Source: Chiloscyllium plagiosum (lineage: Eukaryota). From it: a DNA stretch of 64,000 bases. The stretch's first letter is position 1; every line of letters begins with the position of its first letter. A program made the position numbers and the translations under genes. The stretch covers positions 12,989,727 to 13,053,726 of the forward strand of contig NC_057719.1 of the NCBI RefSeq assembly GCF_004010195.1, given 5' to 3'. This document shows, one piece after another, positions 36,145 to 49,243 of this stretch. The notes under the pieces were generated by a model. It worked only from the letters and a program-made list of their open reading frames with translations, was not told where the DNA came from and did not search any database.

Positions 36145-36699
36145 TGCCTCAAGTAGTGCATGCATGTATCTGTCTCCCCTTGGATGATGAGGACCGTTTG
36201 CTGATTAAAGTCACTTCTCTTTCAGTGGTAATTCATGGCTTTGAATGATTCTAATAGCTGTTACAAGTTGTAATTACACACTATTTAAATTACGTCAAAG
36301 TAGAGTAATAGATTCCAGTACACATTGAATTCTCATTTCAAAATCATTTAACAATGTGTAAAATTACTCTGCACAGTGGATTAAAGGTTTCTTTGAACAT
36401 GACGTTAGAATCAAAAAATAATTCAAATCCTTTTTAAAGGCTTGACTGCCAGAGGATCGTACAGTTAATTTGCCAACTGTTGAACTACAGCATGGTCCTA
36501 TGAGTGATCTAATTAGGGAGTCATGAATAGGCTATTCAGATCTTCAAGCCTATCCCTGTTCAGTTAGATAATGGCTGATCTTTCCCTTAACTTCCCATCT
36601 TTGTTGTGTATTACCTGATGCCCTGTCCCAATAAAAATATACTAACCCTGGTTTTCAAAGCTTCACTGAGCTTCCAGTAATGGACCTGTTAGTTGTGCT

Positions 36700-37000
36700 T
36701 CCCATTTGCAGATTCTGTGTCCAATTCAGACTCCAGGGGATGAGGGCAGAATTCAAGGCTGGCCCACTGTTTGGAGGATGCAGTCCTTTGGACGAGAAGT
36801 AAGATTGAGACCCACCTGTCCGCCTGGGTGAGGGTGAGGAGTGGGAAGAGAAAGATCCCACGGCACACTTGGAAAGATAAATGGTAGCCCAGCTAATATT
36901 TATCCTTTAATTGATGTCACAAGAACAGATAATCTGGTTATTTTCACATTAACCTTTGTGGCTGAGTGCAAAATTGGCAGCTATAGCTATTCTTAAATTG
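36700..37000 (+). mobile_element. Deu-domain SINE remnant (SacSINE1/AmnSINE-like)
   Basis: ...aaagatcccacggcac...aatatttatcc...acagataatctggttatt... resembles the Deu core. Confidence 0.5.
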
Positions 37001-38089
37001 CAACTATGTCCATAAGACACAAGACCAGAAAGAGGCCATTCAGCCCATTGAGTCTGCTCCACTGGGCAATGAGGTCAAGGCGAGTCAGGTGATCTTCAAC
37101 CCCACTTTCCTGCCTTTTCTCCATAACACTTGATTCAATTACTCATTAAAAATCTGTTTAGCTCAGCATTTCAACTCTCTCACTAACTGCCAGAGGAAGG
37201 AGCAGGGCTCCGAAAGCCTTGGTTTCAAGTAGACCTGTTAGACTGTAACCTGGTGTCATGTGATTTTTGACTTTGTCCACTCCAGTCCAACATTGGCACC
37301 TCCACATCATTTCAACTCTTCACCAGCACTACCTCAATGGCAGTAAAGTGCTTTGAAACACTTGGTGGTCATGGAAGCTGCAATCTAGATATCCTTTAAA
37401 GGGACTTTTTAAACCAGTGACGTCTACCACTGAGAATAATAAGGGCAGCAGATACATGGGAGCATCACTATCCAACCCACTCACCATCCTGAATTGGAAA
37501 TACATCGCCTTTCCTTCTGTATCTCTGGATCTGATTCCTGCAGCTCCCTCACTAACAGCAATGTGAGTGTACCTAAAGGGATTGCAAGAAGGCAGCTCAC
37601 CTCACACTCTCCAAGACAATTAGTTCTGACCAGCAAATGCTGACCAAGCCAATGACACCTGTTTGAAACTGGGTTATTGAGGGTGATCATAGAAACTCAG
37701 TCCAGACTTCTTTAGTAACAGTTGAACTATATTCATTGTGACATCCAGACCATCGAGCTGTACGGATTCCAATGTCAGAGCCGATCACTGACATGTGACT
37801 ACGAAGGTCACAATGCCACTACAGCTTACCTCAGAGGCCCACTACATTATCATCAAGCTCTGTGCCTACGACGCCTACATCCCAACATTGAAAAAAAAAT
37901 TCGACAGTTTTTTTTATCCAAACTGGATGCCCTTAGCTTTCCCCACATTAAACTCACAATATGACCACTTACTGAATCCAATATCTTCCTGTTCCCACCC
38001 ACATACAATACCTTGGCGTCTAACTCATTGCTGTCTGTAAATTACAGTAGACATTGACTCCTTCTGTTCCACTATGACTCCTAACTCTA

Positions 38090-39450
38090 TAAAAACCAGA
38101 AGAACTGCAGATGATGTAAATCAGAAACAAAAGCAGAAATTGTTGGAAAAGCTCAGCAGGTCTGGCAGCACCTGTGCAGAGAGATCGCAGCATTAACATT
38201 TCAGGTCCGGTGACACCGTGTTCTGAGGAAGGGTCTCCGAACCCAATGAGATAACTCTGATTTCTCTTCACAGATGCTGCTGAGCTTTTCCAGCAGTTTT
38301 CTGTTTTTGTTTCATTTTCTTTCCTGCTCTCTGTGCAACATTGTGAATGAGAACAGCCCTGTCTCTTTCACTATTGAGTGAGGTATGAGTTGATCTGGGG
38401 CTACCCTTGGTGAGAGAGAGAGGCTGCTGCCCCGGGCTGCTCTGTTTGGATGAACTAAAAAAAAACCTGCAGCTGCTGGAAATCAAACAAAATTAGAAAT
38501 TGCTAGAAAAATGCGGATCTTTTGATAATGATGATGAGAGCTACCATTTCCAACACCTCCCGCTTGACGCCACCACCAGACACATAGTCTCCCCCCCGCC
38601 TCCCTTGTCAGCCTTCCGCAGGGAGCGTTCTTTCAGGGACTCCCTGGTCCATGCCCCCTTCACTCCAACAACACTACCCCCCCACCCCCACCCCCAGCAG
38701 TCCCACAATTCCCCTGCAATCACAGAAGATCTAACACCTGCCCACTCACTTCCTCCCTCCTCACTATCCAAGGCCTCAGACACACCTTTCAGGTAAAGCA
38801 GCGATTTACCTGCACTTCACTCAATCTAGTCTACTGTATTCGCTGCTCACGGTGTGGGCTCCTGTACGTTTAGGGTGGCACGGTGGCTCAGTGGTTAGCA
38901 TTGCTGCCTCACAGCACCAGGGACCCGGGTTCAGTTCCTGCCTCAGGCAACTGTCTGGGGTTTGCTCATTCTCCCCCTGTCTGCGTGGGTTTCCTCTGGG
39001 TGCTCCGATTTCCTCCCACAGTCCAAAGATGTGCAGGTTAGGTGAATTGGCCATGCTAAATTGCCCGTAGTGTTAGGTGCATTAGTCAGGGGTAAATGTA
39101 GGGGAATGGGTATGGGTGGGTTGCTGTTCGGAGGGTTGGTGTGGACTTGTTCAGCCGAAGGGCCTGTTTCCACACTGTATAGAATCTAATCTAATATAAA
39201 AAAACTAATCTCGAAGTGCAGACTGGATGATCACATTGCAGAATACCTATGTTCTGAGTGCAGAAAAGACCCTGAGCTTCCAGCTGCCTGCCACTTCGAC
39301 AGACGGCTGTGTTCCCTGGCCAACATCTGTGTCTCGGGCTTGCTGCAGTGCTACACTGAAGCTTACTACAAGCTTACTACAGCACCTCACTTTCCGCTTG
39401 GGGACCCGAGAGCCTTGAGGACTTAATATCGAGTTCAATAATTTTGGGGC
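38090..39450 (+). mobile_element. Penelope remnants (inverted repeats, RT/GIY-YIG fragments) interrupted by an HE1-like SINE (38872-39195)
   Basis: PPLSAFRRERSFRDSLV and QHLTFRLGT peptides; full SINE head and tail inside. Confidence 0.75.
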
Positions 39451-39471
39451 CTGAGCACCTTCTTCCGTGTC

Positions 39472-42400
39472 TTTGATTTGATTTATTACTGTCACGTACA
39501 CTGAGGTACAGTGAAAAGGGTTGCCTTAGGTGTTTTCCAGGCAGATTGCACTGTAGAACTGCATCAGGGTAACAGAACAGAGTGAAGGATACAGTGTGAC
39601 ACAGCCACAGAGAAGGTGCAGAGAGAGATCAACATTAACATTAAAGACGTTCATTCAAAGGTCAGTGGTGAAGAAGCTTTTCTTCAATTTATTCGTACCT
39701 GTGTACAAACCTCTTTATCTTCTGTCCAATGGAAGAGGGGTATATCCGGGGTGTGAGGGGTCTTTGATTAGGTTGGTTGCTTTCCTGAGGCAGTGGGAAG
39801 TACAGGTGGAGTCAATGGATGGAAGATTGGTCTGTGCGATGGACTGGGCTGGGTCCCTAGCTCTCTGTTGTTGGTCTGTCCGATGGACTGGGCTGAGTCC
39901 CTAGCTCACTCTGTAGTTGGTCTGTGTGATGGACTGGGCTGAGTCCCTAGCTCACTCTGTAGTTGGTCTGTGCAATGGACTGGGCTGGGTCCCTAGCTCT
40001 CTCTGTAGTTGGTCTGTGCGATGGACTGGGCTGAGTCCCTAGCTCTCTCTGCAGTTGGTCTGTGCGATGGACTGGGCTGGGTCCCTAGCTCTCTCTGTAG
40101 TTGGTCTGTGCGATGGAGTGGGCTGGGTCCCTAGCTCTCTCTGTAGTTGGTCTGTGCGATGGACTGGGCTGGGTCCCTAGCTCTCTCTGTAGTTGGTCTG
40201 TGCGATGGCCTGAGCTGAGTCCCTAGCTCTCTGTAGTTGGTCTGTCCGATGGACTGGGTTGGGTCCCTAGCTCTCTGTAGTTGGTTTGTGCGATGGACTG
40301 GGCTGGGTTCCTAGCTCTCTGTAGTTGGTCTGTGCGCGATGGACTGGGCTGACCCCAGCACTCTCTCTGTAGTTGGTCTGTGCGATGGACTGGGTTGGGT
40401 CCCTAGCTCTCTGTAGTTGGTTTGTGCGATGGACTGGGCTGGGTTCCTAGCTCTCTGTAGTTGGTCTGTGCGATGGACTGGGCTGGGTCCCTAGCTCTCT
40501 CTGTAGTTGGTCTGTGATGGACTGGGCTGGGTCCCTAGCTCTCTGTAATTGGTCTGTGCGATGGACTGGGCTGGGTCCCTAGCTCTTTGTAGTTGGTCTG
40601 TGCGATGGACTGGGCTGGGTCCCTAGCTCTTTGTAGTTGGTCTGTGCGATGGACTGGGCTGGGTCCCTAGCTCTTTGTAGTTGGTCTGTGCGATGGACTG
40701 GGCTGGGTCCCTAGCTCTTTGTAGTTGGTCTGTGCGATGGACTGGGCTGGGTCCCTAGCTCTTTGTAGTTGGTCTGTGCGATGGACTGGGCTGGGTCCCT
40801 AGCTCTTTGTAGTTGGTCTGTGCGATGGACTGGGCTGGGTCCCTAGCTCTTTGTAGTTGGTCTGTGCGATGGACTGGGCTGGGTCCCTAGCTCTTTGTAG
40901 TTGGTCTGTGCGATGGACTGGGCTGGGTCCCTAGCTCTTTGTAGTTGGTCTGTGCGATGGACTGGGCTGGGTCCCTAGCTCTTTGTAGTTGGTCTGTGCG
41001 ATGGACTGGGCTGGGTCCCTAGCTCTTTGTAGTTGGTCTGTGCGATGGACTGGGCTGGGTCCCTAGCTCTTTGTAGTTGGTCTGTGCGATGGACTGGGCT
41101 GGGTCCCTAGCTCTTTGTAGTTGGTCTGTGCGATGGACTGGGCTGGGTCCCTAGCTCTTTGTAGTTGGTCTGTGCGATGGACTGGGCTGGGTCCCTAGCT
41201 CTTTGTAGTTGGTCTGTGCGATGGACTGGGCTGGGTCCCTAGCTCTTTGTAGTTGGTCTGTGCGATGGACTGGGCTGGGTCCCTAGCTCTTTGTAGTTGG
41301 TCTGTGCGATGGACTGGGCTGGGTCCCTAGCTCTTTGTAGTTGGTCTGTGCGATGGACTGGGCTGGGTCCCTAGCTCTTTGTAGTTGGTCTGTGCGATGG
41401 ACTGGGCTGGGTCCCTAGCTCTTTGTAGTTGGTCTGTGCGATGGACTGGGCTGGGTCCCTAGCTCTTTGTAGTTGGTCTGTGCGATGGACTGGGCTGGGT
41501 CCCTAGCTCTTTGTAGTTGGTCTGTGCGATGGACTGGGCTGGGTCCCTAGCTCTTTGTAGTTGGTCTGTGCGATGGACTGGGCTGGGTCCCTAGCTCTTT
41601 GTAGTTGGTCTGTGCGATGGACTGGGCTGGGTCCCTAGCTCTTTGTAGTTGGTCTGTGCGATGGACTGGGCTGGGTCCCTAGCTCTTTGTAGTTGGTCTG
41701 TGCGATGGACTGGGCTGGGTCCCTAGCTCTTTGTAGTTGGTCTGTGCGATGGACTGGGCTGGGTCCCTAGCTCTTTGTAGTTGGTCTGTGCGATGGACTG
41801 GGCTGGGTCCCTAGCTCTTTGTAGTTGGTCTGTGCGATGGACTGGGCTGGGTCCCTAGCTCTTTGTAGTTGGTCTGTGCGATGGACTGGGCTGGGTCCCT
41901 AGCTCTTTGTAGTTGGTCTGTGCGATGGACTGGGCTGGGTCCCTAGCTCTTTGTAGTTGGTCTGTGCGATGGACTGGGCTGGGTCCCTAGCTCTTTGTAG
42001 TTGGTCTGTGCGATGGACTGGGCTGGGTCCCTAGCTCTTTGTAGTTGGTCTGTGCGATGGACTGGGCTGGGTCCCTAGCTCTTTGTAGTTGGTCTGTGCG
42101 ATGGACTGGGCTGGGTCCCTAGCTCTTTGTAGTTGGTCTGTGCGATGGACTGGGCTGGGTCCCTAGCTCTTTGTAGTTGGTCTGTGCGATGGACTGGGCT
42201 GGGTCCCTAGCTCTTTGTAGTTGGTCTGTGCGATGGACTGGGCTGGGTCCCTAGCTCTTTGTAGTTGGTCTGTGCGATGGACTGGGCTGGGTCCCTAGCT
42301 CTTTGTAGTTGGTCTGTGCGATGGACTGGGCTGGGTCCCTAGCTCTTTGTAGTTGGTCTGTGCGATGGACTGGGCTGGGTCCCTAGCTCTTTGTAGTTGG

Positions 42401-44410
42401 TCTGTGCGATGGACTGGGCTGGGTCCCTAGCTCTTTGTAGTTGGTCTGTGCGATGGACTGGGCTGGGTCCCTAGCTCTTTGTAGTTGGTCTGTGCGATGG
42501 ACTGGGCTGGGTCCCTAGCTCTTTGTAGTTGGTCTGTGCGATGGACTGGGCTGGGTCCCTAGCTCTTTGTAGTTGGTCTGTGCGATGGACTGGGCTGGGT
42601 CCCTAGCTCTTTGTAGTTGGTCTGTGCGATGGACTGGGCTGGGTCCCTAGCTCTTTGTAGTTGGTCTGTGCGATGGACTGGGCTGGGTCCCTAGCTCTTT
42701 GTAGTTGGTCTGTGCGATGGACTGGGCTGGGTCCCTAGCTCTTTGTAGTTGGTCTGTGCGATGGACTGGGCTGGGTCCCTAGCTCTTTGTAGTTGGTCTG
42801 TGCGATGGACTGGGCTGGGTCCCTAGCTCTTTGTAGTTGGTCTGTGCGATGGACTGGGCTGGGTCCCTAGCTCTTTGTAGTTGGTCTGTGCGATGGACTG
42901 GGCTGGGTCCCTAGCTCTTTGTAGTTGGTCTGTGCGATGGACTGGGCTGGGTCCCTAGCTCTCTCTGTAGTTGGTCTGTGCGTTGGACTGGGCTGGGTCC
43001 CTAGCTCTCTCTGTAGTTGGTCTGTGCGTTGGACTGGGCTGGGTCCCTAGCTCTCTCTGTAGTTGGTCTGTGCGTTGGACTGGGCTGGGTCCCTAGCTCT
43101 CTCTGTAGTTGGTCTGTGCGTTGGACTGGGCTGGGTCCCTAGCTCTCTCTGTAGTTGGTCTGTGCGTTGGACTGGGCTGGGTCCCTAGCTCTCTCTGTAG
43201 TTGGTCTGTGCGTTGGACTGGGCTGGGTCCCTAGCTCTCTCTGTAGTTGGTCTGTGCGTTGGACTGGGCTGGGTCCCTAGCTCTCTCTGTAGTTGGTCTG
43301 TGCGTTGGACTGGGCTGGGTCCCTAGCGCTCTCTGTAGTTGGTCTGTGCGATGGACTGGGCTGGGTCCCTAGCTCTCTCTGTAGTTGGTCTGTGCGATGG
43401 ACTGGGCTGAGTCCCTAGCTCTCTCTGTAGTTGGTCTGTGCGATGGATTGGGCTGGGTCCCTAGCTCTCTCTGTAGTTGGTCTGTGCGATGGACTGGGCT
43501 GGGTCCCTAGCTCTCTGTAATTGGTCAGTGCGATGGACTGGGCTGGGTCCCTAGCTCTCTGTAGTTGGTCTATGTGATGGACTGGGCTGGGTCCCTAGCT
43601 CTCTGTAGTTGGTCTGTGCGATGGACTGGGCTGGGTCCCTAGTTCTGTCTGTAGTTGGTTTGTGCGATGGACTGGGCTGGGTCCCTAGCTCTCTGTAATT
43701 GGTCTGTGCGGATGGACTGGGCTGAGTCCCTAGCTCACTCTGTAGTTGGTCTGTGCGATGGACTGGGCTGGGTCCCTAGCTCTCTGTAGTTGGTCTGTGC
43801 GATGGACTGGGCTGGGTCCCTAGCTCTCTGTAGTTGGTCTGTGCGATGGACTGGGCTGAGTCCCTAGCTCACTCTGTAGTTGGTCTGTGCGATGGACTGG
43901 GCTGGGTCCCTAGTTCTCTCTGTAGTTGGTTTGTGCGATGGACTGGGCTGGGTCCCTAGCTCTCTGTAATTGGTCTATGCGATGGACTGGGCTGAGTCCC
44001 TAGCTCACTCTGTAGTTGGTCTGTGCGATGGACTGGGCTGGTTCCCTAGCTCTCTCTGTAGTTGGTCTGTGCGATGGACTGGGCTGGGTCCCTAGCTCTC
44101 TGTAGTTGGTCTGTGTGATGGACTGGGCTGGGTCCCTAGCTCTCTGTCGTTGGTCTGTGTGATGGACTGGGCTGGGTCCCTAGCTTTCTGTAGTTGGTCT
44201 GTGCGATGGACTGGGCTGGATCCCTAGCTCTCTGTAGTTGGTCTGTGTGATGGACTGGGCTGGGTCCTTAGCTCTCTGTAGTTGGTCTGTGCGATGGACT
44301 GGGCTAGGTCCCTAGCTCTCTGTAGTTGGTCTGTGCGATGGACTGGGCTGGGTCCCTAGCTCTCTGTAGTTTCTTTCAGTCTTGGGAAGAGTAGTTGCTG
44401 TACCATGACC
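39472..44410 (-). mobile_element. Rex1/Babar LINE 3' end whose RT-coding segment is expanded into a minisatellite
   Basis: 3' end matches 12340-12412; flanks translate WYSNYSSQD*KKLQR and TNLPSIDS...KATNLIKDPSHPG. Confidence 0.8.
39828..44370. repeat. 44-bp minisatellite, ~100 copies (ggtctgtgcgatggactgggctgggtccctagctctttgtagtt)
   Basis: Exact 44-nt period in the core ~40570-42960; 46-bp variants ~42960-43330; degenerate edges. Confidence 0.98.
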
Positions 44411-44639
44411 CTGCAAAATCAGCAAGTTCTGACTTTGTTTCTATTTGGCATTAGGCTGCCTCTCTCCTTTCATTCACTGGATGGCAGCATTTCCACATCT
44501 TACAAATAACAGGTTTGCGTTTAACAGCAGCATCAGGAGAAGAGACTTTGTCACTGCCTGGATGTATATATTCTGCCCCACACTGTGTTCAGATCTTCAA
44601 CTATACATGAAGGCAGAAAATCACCAAAGCATATCAAAG

Positions 44640-45100
44640 TGAGGTTTTCGCTCAGGCCAACCGGAACTGGAGGGACTCTTCACGTGTAAATAAACGGTGG
44701 CTTGATGACAGAATACTGGCTTCTGCGGAGTTATTTCACCTCAATTGCCAGTGCAGAAGAACTTCGATTATCTGAACGAGATGGGCGGGCACTATTTCAT
44801 TCAGATAATTGATTATTTGGTAAATTGATTTCCTCCGGGGCTTGGGGTTTTCGGTGAAGTCTGTTCCCTGTTCAGGAGAGTAGGCAGCAGCACGCAGCAC
44901 AGGGGCTGCCGCGAACCCAACCCCCACGACACCCCCGCCTGGCCGCGCACACCCCCCCCCACTCCCGGCTCTTCCGCTCTGACCTCGCTCCCCCCCGTCT
45001 GCGCCCAACACCATCACCCCGCCCTGTCCGCACACACCCCTCTCCCCCGCCCCGTCTGCACCCAGCCCTCCTTTCTGCCCCGTCCACTCCTGCCCATGCC
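44640..45100. promoter_or_regulatory. GC/CpG-rich promoter-like island between two minisatellites
   Basis: GC boxes (cccgccc ~45018, ~45046; gggcggg 44783), ETS-like ccggaa/cttccgc, E-box cacgtg (44681), possible minus-strand donor GAG|GTGAAA near 44739. Confidence 0.45.
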
Positions 45101-48100
45101 TGGCACTGATCCTCTGACCCCTTACTGTCCCTCAGCCGCAGCGCTGGCCCTCTGAGCCTCTCACTGTCCCTCAGCCCCAGCACTGACCCTCTGACCACTC
45201 ACTATCCCTCAGTCCCAGCACTGACTCTCTGAGCCCTCACTATGCCACAGCCCCAGCACTGACCCTCTGACTCCTCACAGTCCCTCAGTCCCAACATTGA
45301 CCCTCTGAGCCCCTCACTGTCCCTCAGTCCAAGCACTGACCCTCTGACCCCTCACTCTCCCTCTGTCCCAGCACTGACCCTCTAACCCCTCACTATCCCT
45401 CAGTCCCAGCACTGACCTTCTGAGCCCCTCACTGTCCCGCAATCTCAGCACTGACCCTCTAACCTCACACTGTCCCTCAGTCCCAGCACTGACCCTCTGA
45501 CCCTTCACTATCCCTCAGTCCGAGCACTGACCCTCTGACCCCTCACTGTCCCTCAGTCCCAGCACTGACCCTCTGAGCCCCTCACTATCCCTCAGTCCTA
45601 GCACTGACCCTCTGAGCCCTTCACTGTCCCGCAATCTCAGCACTGACCCTCTAACCTCACACTGTCCCTCAGTCCGAGCACTGGCCCTCTGACCCCTCAC
45701 TGTCCCTCAGTNNNNNNNNNNNNNNNNNNNNNNNNNNNNNNNNNNNNNNNNNNNNNNNNNNNNNNNNNNNNNNNNNNNNNNNNNNNNNNNNNNNNNNNNN
45801 NNNNNNNNNNNNNNNNNNNNNNNNNNNNNNNNNNNNNNNNNNNNNNNNNNNNNNNNNNNNNNNNNNNNNNNNNNNNNNNNNNNNNNNNNNNNNNNNNNNN
45901 NNNNNNNNNNNNNNNNNNNNNNNNNNNNNNNNNNNNNNNNNNNNNNNNNNNNNNNNNNNNNNNNNNNNNNNNNNNNNNNNNNNNNNNNNNNNNNNNNNNN
46001 NNNNNNNNNNNNNNNNNNNNNNNNNNNNNNNNNNNNNNNNNNNNNNNNNNNNNNNNNNNNNNNNNNNNNNNNNNNNNNNNNNNNNNNNNNNNNNNNNNNN
46101 NNNNNNNNNNNNNNNNNNNNNNNNNNNNNNNNNNNNNNNNNNNNNNNNNNNNNNNNNNNNNNNNNNNCTCTGACCCCTCACTATCCCTCAGCCCCAGCAC
46201 TGACCCTCTGACGCCTCACTGTCCCTCAGGCTCAGCACTGACCCTCTGACCCCTCAATGTCTCTCAGCCACAGCACTGACTCTCTGACCCCTCACTGTCT
46301 CTCAGTCCCAGCACTGACCCTCTGACCCCTCACTGTCCCTCAGCCCCAGCATTAACCCTCTGACCCCTCACTGTCCCTCAGTCCCAGCACTGACCCTCTG
46401 ACCCCTCACTATCCCTCAGTCCCAGCACTGACCTTCTGAGCCCCTCACTGTCCCGCAATCTCAGCACTGACCCTCTAACCTCACACTGTCCCTCAGTCCG
46501 AGCACTGACCCTCTGACCCCTCACTGTCCCTCAGTCCCAGCACTGACCCTCTGAGCCCCTCACTATCCCTCAGTCCTAGCACTGACCCTCTGAGCCCTTC
46601 ACTGTCCCGCAATCTCAGCACTGACCCTCTGACCCCTCACTATCCCTCAGTCCGAGCACTGACCTTCTGACCCCTCACTGTCCCTCAGCTGCAGCACTGA
46701 CCCTCTGACCCCTCACTGTCCCTCAGTGCCAGCACTGACCCTCTGACACCTAACTGTCCCTCAATCCCAGCACTGACCTCTGACCCCTCACTGTCCCACA
46801 GTCCCAGCACTGACCCTCTGACCCCTCACTATCCCTCAGTCCTTGCACTGACCGTCTGACCCCTCACTGTCCCTCAGTACCAGCACTGACCCTCAGATCC
46901 CTCACTGACCATCAGTCCGAGCACTGACCCTCTGAGCGCCTCACTGTCCGGCAGCCCCAGCACTGACACTTTGACCCCTCACTGTCCCTCAGTCCCAGCA
47001 CTGACCCTCTGACCCATCACTGTCCCTCAGTCCCAGCACTGACCTTCTGACCCCTTACTGTCCCTCAGTCCCAACACTGACCCTCTGACCATTCACTGTC
47101 CCTCAGTCCCTGCACTGACCTCTGACCCCTCACTATCCCTCTGTCCCAGCACTGACCCTCTGACCCCTCACTATCCCATAGCCCCAGCACTGACCCTCTG
47201 AGCCCCTCAAAATCCCTCAGTCCCAGCACTGACCCTCTGAGCCCCTCACTGTCCCGCAATCTCAGCACTGACCTTCTGACCCTTCACTATCCCTCAGTCC
47301 AAGCACTGACCTTCTCACCCCTCACTGTCCCTCAGCTGCAGCACTGACCCTCTGACCCCTCACTGTCCCTCAGTGCCAGCACTGACCCTCTGACACCTCA
47401 CTGTCCCTCAGTCCCAGCACTGACCTCTGACCCCTCACTGTCCCTCTGCCCCAGCACTGACCCTCTGACCCTCTCACTATCCCTCAGTCCCAGCACTGAC
47501 CCTCTGACCCCTCACGGTCCTGCAGTCCCAGCACTGACCCCCTGACCTCTCACTGTCCCTCAGTACCAGCACTGACCCTCTGACCATTCACTGTCCCTCA
47601 GTCCCTGCACTGACTCTGACCCCTCACTATCCCTCAGTCCCAGCATTGACCCTCTGACCCTACACTGTCCCACAGTCACAGCATTGATGCTCTGAGCCCC
47701 TCACTATTCCTCAGCCCCAGCACTGGCCCTGTGACACCTCACTCTCCCTCAGATCCAGCACTGACCCTCTGACCCCTCACTATCTCTCAGTCCCAGCACA
47801 GACCCTCTGACCCCTCACTATCTCTCAGTCCCAGCACTGATCCTCTGACCCCTCACTGTCCCTCAGTCCCAGCACTGATCCTCTGACCCCTCACTATCCC
47901 TCAGTCCCAGCACTGACCCTCTGACCCTACACTGTCCCACAGTCACAGCATTGATGCTCTGAGCCCCTCATTATTCCTCAGCCCCAGCACTGACCCTCTG
48001 ACCCCTCACTATCTCTCAGTCCCAGCACTGATCCTCTGACCCCTCACTATCCCTCAGTCCCAGCACTGACCTTCCGAGCCCCTCGCTGTCCCTCAGTCCT

Positions 48101-48690
48101 AGCACTGATCCTCTGACCCCTCTCTGTCCCTCAGTCCCAGCACTGACCCTCTGACCCCTCACTGTCCCTCAATCCCAGCATTGACCTCTGACCCCTCACT
48201 ATCCCTCAGCCCCAGCACTGACCCTCTGACGCCTCACTGTCCCTCAGGCTCAGCACTGACCCTCTGACCCCTCAATGTCTCTCAGCCACAGCACTGACTC
48301 TCTGGCCCCCTCACTGTCCCTCAGTCCCTGCACTGACCCTCTGACCCCTCACTGTCTCTCAGTCCCAGCACTGACCCTCTGACCCCTCACTGTCCCTCAG
48401 CCCCAGCGTTAACCCTCTGACCCCTCCCTATCCCTCAGCCCCAGCATTGACCCTCCGACCCCCTCACTATCTCTCAGTTCCAGCACTGACCCTCCAAGCC
48501 CTTCAGACTTACCCTCTGATCCCTCACTATCTGTTACTGCGAGCACTGACCCTCTGACCCCTCACTGTCCCTCAGTCCCAGCACTGACCTTCTGACCCTT
48601 CACTGTCCTGCAGTCCTAGCCCTGACCCTCCAAGCCCCTCAATGTCCCTCAGTCCCAGCACTGTCCCTCTGAGACCCTCACTATATCCCA
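45100..48690. repeat. ~38-bp minisatellite (cagcactgaccctctgacccctcactgtccctcagtcc), heterogeneous, containing an assembly gap
   Basis: Direct periodicity with 37-39 bp variants; N gap 45712-46167. Confidence 0.97.
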
Positions 48691-48918
48691 GTCCCAAATG
48701 TTGTCTCGGTTGACAACAATGGGGCAATTAGGGATGAGCAATAACACTGGCCAGCCCCTGCTTCCCACACACTGAAAATTAAAAGGGCTAAGGACTGAAA
48801 CACTAATTTTCCCCCGAACCCTTAAATAATTTTGTGTCCATCCCTTTACTCCCAGAGCGTTATATTTTTTGAACAGAGCGAAGACTTGACACTTATTCAC
48901 CTTTGAGGTGGACATGTT

Positions 48919-49243
48919 AGGGTGGCACAATGGCTGAGTGGTTAGCACTGCTGCCCCACAGCTTATAGGGTCCTAGGTTTGATTCCAGCCTCGGGCGACT
49001 GTCTATGTGGAGTTTGCACGTTCTCCCCGTGTCTGTGTGGGTTTCCTCCGGGTGCTCCGGTTTTCTCCCACAATCCAAAGATGCGTGGGTTTGGTGAATT
49101 GGCCATTGAAAATTGAGCATAGTGTTAGGTGCATTAGTTAGAGTGGAATGGATCTGGGTGGGTTACCCTGTGGAGGGTTGGTGTGGACTGGTTGGGCTGA
49201 AGGGACTGTTTCCACACTGTGAGGAACCCAATCTAATCTAATC
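48919..49243 (+). mobile_element. HE1-like SINE, followed by a minus-strand Penelope repeat (~49250-49350)
   Basis: Head, core and (taatc)n tail. Confidence 0.85.

Noticed and set aside
39828..48690. CRISPR-like array interpretation of the tandem repeats
   Set aside because: No unique spacers, eukaryotic context and no cas genes; these are minisatellites.
45314..48948. LRDSEG-repeat ORFs
   Set aside because: Satellite translation with a unit length that is not a consistent multiple of 3, partly spanning an N gap.
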